Source of the DNA: the human T2T-CHM13v2.0 reference genome, Homo sapiens
Assembly: GCF_009914755.1 (NCBI RefSeq)
Contig: NC_060930.1
Reading direction: 5' to 3' (one strand)
Length of the DNA stretch: 64,000 nt
Shown here: positions 56,209-64,000 of the stretch, piece by piece
Numbering within the stretch: the first letter of the stretch is position 1
Layout: every line of letters begins with the position of its first letter
Position numbers and translations under genes: made by a program
Notes under the pieces: model-generated
Told to the model about the DNA's origin: nothing
Seen by the model: the letters and a program-made list of their open reading frames with translations, nothing else
Database searches by the model: none

Positions 56209-56685
56209 CTAGGATACACAAACAAACAAAAGAAAGAATAAAGGGTAATGGAGCTGAGATGATCAAAACTAATCTGAAAAGGCAGTTTTCATTGCTCTGA
56301 GAAGGCTGCTGGCTCATTGATTTCTATTCTTTCATGCAACTCTCTAAAACAATCATCTCCAAAGAACCTATGTGCTCTACTCCAACTGAATCAAAACTGA
56401 TCAGCACTTAGTGAGATGTGACCTAATAAAAGCCCTACGTATTCAGACAGATTCTTATTCGTGGGAGTCATTTCTTCAGATTAGTCTGCTGCTAAGAAGA
56501 GCTAATTTGTGCCCCATACAGAAACTCCTGAATAACTGATAATGCAACAGTCATGACAAATGCTTCAAATACAGAGTCAATATACCTTTGTTGATTGGAT
56601 TAGATGACCTAAAATATTACAAGTGACATGATTCTAAAATAGAGACAGGAAACAAAAATCCTTTTTATGTTTAAAAAAAAAAATC

Positions 56686-56973
56686 AGCCAGGTGCACACC
56701 TGTAATCCCAGCACTTTGGGAGGCTGAGGCAGACAGATCACTTGAGCTCAGGAGTTTGAGACCAGCCTGGCCAACATGGTGGAACCTCATCTCTACTAAA
56801 AATACGAAAATTAGCCAGCATGGTGGCACACGACTGTAATCCCAGCTACTCAGGAGGCCAAGGCATGAGAATCGCTCAAACCTGGGAGGCGGAGGCTGCA
56901 GTGAGCTGAGATTGCACCACCACACTCTAGCTTGGGCAACAGACCAAGACACTGTCTCAAAAACAAACAAAAA
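56686..56973 (+). mobile_element. Alu (J/S) in the SAYSD1 intron
   Basis: Dimer with a small 5' deletion and AAAC tail. Confidence 0.93.
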
Positions 56974-58999
56974 CCACTGTTACAGCCATTACTGGGCCCC
57001 CTTACCTTCCCATCCCGTGATTAACCTACACAGGTCATTGTCACTCACCCAAGGCCCAGCCAATGTCTCCTAACTAGACTCCCTGCCTCCTATCTCTTCC
57101 CTCCCCAAGCCATCCTATGTACAACTGCTAAATGAATTTTCTTAAAGACCTATTACCCTCCTGTTCACAAACCTTCAAAAACTTTCACTGCCTACAGGAT
57201 AAAATCCAAACTCCTTGGGCTGGAACCCAAGACCCTCAATTTGTTCAACAGATTGAAATGCCAGTAGACAGGCCCCTGTGCCAGATGCTAATGGCAGACA
57301 CAGGTATTTAGACAGCTCTGTGTCCAGTCCACTGTTTTCGGAACTCTTTTGAACATGACCTACAATAAGGAATACATTTTAGACTGTAATCCAGAATACA
57401 TATATGCAACAAAGTTTCACAAGTCAACACTTACCCTCCCTGAGACATTCTCTTGTATTTCCTATTCTACTTTAAAAACATTTTTAATAGGGAACAAGAT
57501 CTTCTATATTAATTTCACCATCCACTAATGGGTCACAGTGGTCTAGGAAATTCCATGACAACACGATCCACAATCTTTTGTTCCATAAATGACCCTTCTT
57601 CTCCAGCTTAACTGGTCTTATTACCCAAAGATATTCTCAGTCCTCATCTCAAGCCTAGAATTCCGTCCACTTCCTCTTTCTTCCTTAACTCTTTGCCTTC
57701 CTTCCAGGCAAGCACCGTTCATGAACTGTCAGCCCTGACCTCCCTGGGCATCAGGGAGGGTGCCCCCTCTGCCTCCCCCAGAACTAGCTCTCCCGTTCAT
57801 TAAGCACCAAACTATTCAGCACTACAGTGTCTCTCTTTTACTATAGGTCATGTCATGTATGATGCCAGATTGTTTAAGTACCAGGAAGCCACGTGTCTCC
57901 AGATCCAAACATGGCATCCCATACTTAGGTTCTCAATTCATAGCAGAACTTTCAGTTCATCTCTTCAGTTACATCCCCTATTCTTCTTCACGTGCATATT
58001 TAAAAGGGGATCACAAATACTGGTCATCTGATTTATGATGTTTCAGAAGTTCTATTTTGTCAGAACCTTCTTTTTTAGCATCAACATTGTAATTATTATC
58101 TTTTCAGTTAGATTAGAAAGTCTGATTGGAGAGGCCCTTATATTATCAGCCACATCCCTGACCCCTGATACTCATTAAAGAAAGAAATGTCTGTTTCAGA
58201 TTTGACATGCATGCACAGTATGCGTTCTGGCCCAAGAAGAATGCATCTGGGCAGTGTTCTGGGCAAAGGGGAGAGTAGCATGAGATGACAGGGCTAAGGA
58301 GGGAGGGCATGAGGGTGGGAGCCAGATAAAGTAGGGCCAGGCAGGTTGCAGTGAAGATTCTGGAAATGGGAAACAGCTGAAGGTCTAAGCAGGGAACTAA
58401 CCAAAAGCATGAAATCCCTGGTGCTAAAAAGGTTGGGGAGGAGGCCTAGCAAGAGAGAGCCAGACATTGACCAGGGTGGTGACAGCAGTCAGATGGAAAT
58501 AGTGGACTGATGGACACAAAATACATTCTGAATATACATGTTGAGATTCACAATAAACTAAATTTATCATTTAGGGAGTATAAAAAGAAGAATGTTCCTA
58601 TGTCACCATTTACTGAGAGCCTTCCAATGTATGAACTCTGGTAATCCAGGAAGCAGGCATTATTATTCCCAACTTACTGATAAGAAAACACTGAGAGGTT
58701 AAGTAATTTCCCTAAAGCCATAAAACTAGTGATAGGCAGAGATGAGGTCAGTCTCGGATCCTAGGATGGTCTCCTCCAAAATATATTTTATTTAATTAGG
58801 GGCCTTTATGGGGGGTGGCAGGAGAAAGGTTAGGGAGCTAGAGGTAGATGGGTGTGGGGGTGGGGGGGTAAACAAACTGACGAAGGGAACAAACAAGAGG
58901 AGAGATACGGACATTCTTCTGCCTCATTTGGAACTTGTCGGAGTACCAGTTCCCTTCTGCTGTAAAACCTGGGTGAAGAAGTGTTTGTGACTGTTACAT

Positions 59000-59495
59000 C
59001 ACACACAGGCATGGTCCAAGGAAGGCACTGCCATTCCTCAAATATCAAGCTGCTTCTTACCTTAGGGCCTCTGCACTTGTGGTTCCCTCTGAGAGGAATG
59101 CTCCCTTCCCCTCATATCACTTGGTTGACCCCTCCTACTACAAACGGCAAAAATGTCACCGTATGTGCCCTTGGCTTAGTCCCCGTTTTTGCCAGGGTGG
59201 TTCCTTCTTGTTAAATGTCTCCTCCTTAGTGAGTTCTCCCTGCTCAGCTGATTTAAAATAGTACTCTGCTCCCCTCACCCCTAATTCACTATCACAGTCT
59301 ACTGGTTTTATCTTTTTTCTTTCATAGCATTTATCTGGTTTTGTTTATTGTCCTCCTTTCCCTGCTGCCCCAAGCTCAAATGCAAGTTGTACAAGAGTAG
59401 GACTTGTGTGTCTTAATTACACTGTCTCCCAGGATTTAGAACAAAAGCTGGAACACAGCGGGCACATGACAAGATTTTTGTTGAATGAATGAATG
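59000..59495 (-). mobile_element. L2 3' fragment
   Basis: agggcct.tgcacttgtggttccctctg..ggaatgctc..tcatagcatttatc..ttgtttattgtc.. ending ttgttgaatgaatgaatga. Confidence 0.65.
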
Positions 59496-59959
59496 ATAGT
59501 GAGGGAAAGGAAGAAATTCAAGATGACTACTAGATTTTGCGGGGGTGAGGCACAGCTGTGCTTAGCCAGGCGACTCCAAAGGAGAGCCTTTGAGCAGAAG
59601 GCCAGCCTGAGCCAAGGCCTGGAGGTCAGGAGTGGTGGATGGGTATGGGAAATGGGTTCTGGGGCAGGGTGGTGTGCTGGGGGCTTGCCTGGGATATGGC
59701 TGGAGAGGGAAGCAGGAGGTTTCTGTAGGAATTTTTAAAAGTTACCAGCATTTTTGTCCTAATGTGGAAGAAGCTCGTCACAGAATTATTTCAGGAAACT
59801 GCTTTTCTCCAAGCAAAATCTGGTAGTGGGAAGGAGGATGTAGATACTTCCTCATCAATGACTGCTGAAAAGATGCAGCGGCATTGTCAGTCACAGCGAG
59901 GCCCGGGTCGGGGCAGAGGCATCATTGCAGTCAGAGCTTGGCCCAAATGGAGGCCGCAG

Positions 59960-60760
59960 TGGCTTTGTTGCTCCAAATGACATGGTTTAGTTATTTTGAT
60001 GGCCAAAGAGTATTCTTTGTGCATATACATTACAGTTTCTTGATCCCTTCATCTGTAGATGGACAGGAGATAAAGTTTTTGGAATCTCCATGCCTGAGAT
60101 TAAAAGGTGTGGGACTTCCTCTACCAGGCTCATTTCCTTGGACCTAATATCCTCTGGGTTTCTTGGGTTTCTCCACATGGCTGTGGATGACAGGATTTCC
60201 CAAAGCTTTATGGCTGAAGCATATTCCATAGTGTATCTGTATGGTGGTTTCTTTATCCCTTCAGCTGTGGGTGGACAGGACAGGTCATTTACCATGATGT
60301 CCTCTAGGTTCAACAGTGTGGCTGCAAATGATGTAATTTCATTACATTTTTCTGGATGAAGAGTATTCCATTTGTGTATATATACTACAGTTTCTTTATC
60401 CCTTCATCTGCGGATGAACAGGTTTCTCCACATGGCTGCCAATGACAGGATTTCATCCACTTCTGTCGTGGAAGGGTATTCCATTCTGGATATATATTTC
60501 AGTTTTGTCATCCCTTCATCAAGGGATGAACAGGTTCAACTGTGTGGCTCCAGGTGATATGATTTCAGTATATGTGCACAGCTGAAGGGTATTCCATTGT
60601 GAATGAATACTACAGTTTCTGTATCCCTTCATCTGTGGATGAACAGGTCTCTCTCCACGTTGCTGGAAGTGGGGTGATGTCCTAAAGTTTGATGGCTGAA
60701 GAGTATTCCATTGTGCAAATATCCTGGAGTTTCTGTATTCCTTCATCTGTGGATGAACAC
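59960..60760 (-). repeat. Six degenerate ~112-114-nt units resembling an antisense L1 3' segment
   Basis: Recurring ...GTATTCCATTGTG...CAGTTTCT.TATCCCTTCATCTGTGGATG(A/G)ACAG; units end at 60066, 60278, 60421, 60533, 60646, 60760. Confidence 0.85.
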
Positions 60761-63390
<2,630 letters not shown>

Positions 63391-63454
63391 AATATTTGGC
63401 TACGGCTACATGTTGAACCTAGTTGAATATAAAAATTAATAGACAAAAAATGTG

Positions 63455-63720
63455 TTTACCATACTGTATAATTCCATTTACATGAAACATCCGGAAAAGA
63501 CAAATGTATAGATAGAAAGCAGACTGACATTTGTGCGGGGCTGGGGTTGGAAATGGGTAGTAACTGCTAATGTGCAAGAGGGGTCTTCTTGGAGTGATAG
63601 AGACGTTCTAAAGTTGCAGTGATGGTTGCATGACTCAATAAATTTACTAAAAATCTTTGAACTGTATGTTAAAAGAGATAAATTCTGTAGTATGTAAACC
63701 TTATTTCAATAAAGCTGTTT
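63455..63720 (+). mobile_element. L1M 3'-end fragment with AATAAA, inside the retrocopy 3'UTR
   Basis: catactgtataattccatttacatgaaa..gttctaaa.ttg..gtgatggttgca..aaatttactaaaa..ttgaactgta..tcaataaagctgtt; AATAAA at 63708-13, A-rich 63726-63770. Confidence 0.75.
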
Positions 63721-64000
63721 CAATTAAAAAAACAAAAATTAAAAATAATTTAAAAAAATAGAATGCTAAAGAAATCTCTGACAGGCCACAGTGTGCCATC
63801 AAAATTGTCTGACATGAATTGTAAATTAGACTTTTTCTTTTCTAAACTAGAGGCAGAATCTGAAGAAAAAAAATTAAATGAGAATTTTCACACCAGAGCA
63901 AACCCAGAAATGATAAGTCAATGAAAATGAGCTTAAGGCAGAGTCCCTTATGGAAAAACAGAGCAATTAACAAGAAACTGGAGGTCCAGCATTTCCTCTC

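Overview
Human genomic DNA (Alu-containing), recognisable as the GLP1R-SAYSD1 locus (6p21 from recall). The window opens inside GLP1R intron 1. It holds coding exons 2-13 of the glucagon-like peptide-1 receptor (+ strand, all GT-AG, phases consistent) and a probable ~5.2-kb 3'UTR. A repeat-rich intergenic stretch follows, then the last exon of the convergent gene SAYSD1 (- strand) and, inside the SAYSD1 intron, an antisense processed ankyrin/coiled-coil pseudogene (ANKRD18EP-like). Three features stand out. (1) A 106-bp ungapped inverted repeat (95/106 identical, not an Alu) brackets the 42-nt in-frame TM7 exon 12. (2) A 9 x 44-bp minisatellite amplifies the exon 3 splice donor itself. (3) The retro-pseudogene leader looks like a chain of spliced ~113-nt L1-derived exons joined to ANKRD exon 2. 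Gene and repeat names come from recognition, not database searches, and repeat boundaries are approximate unless TSDs are given. Most ORF-track entries are spurious.
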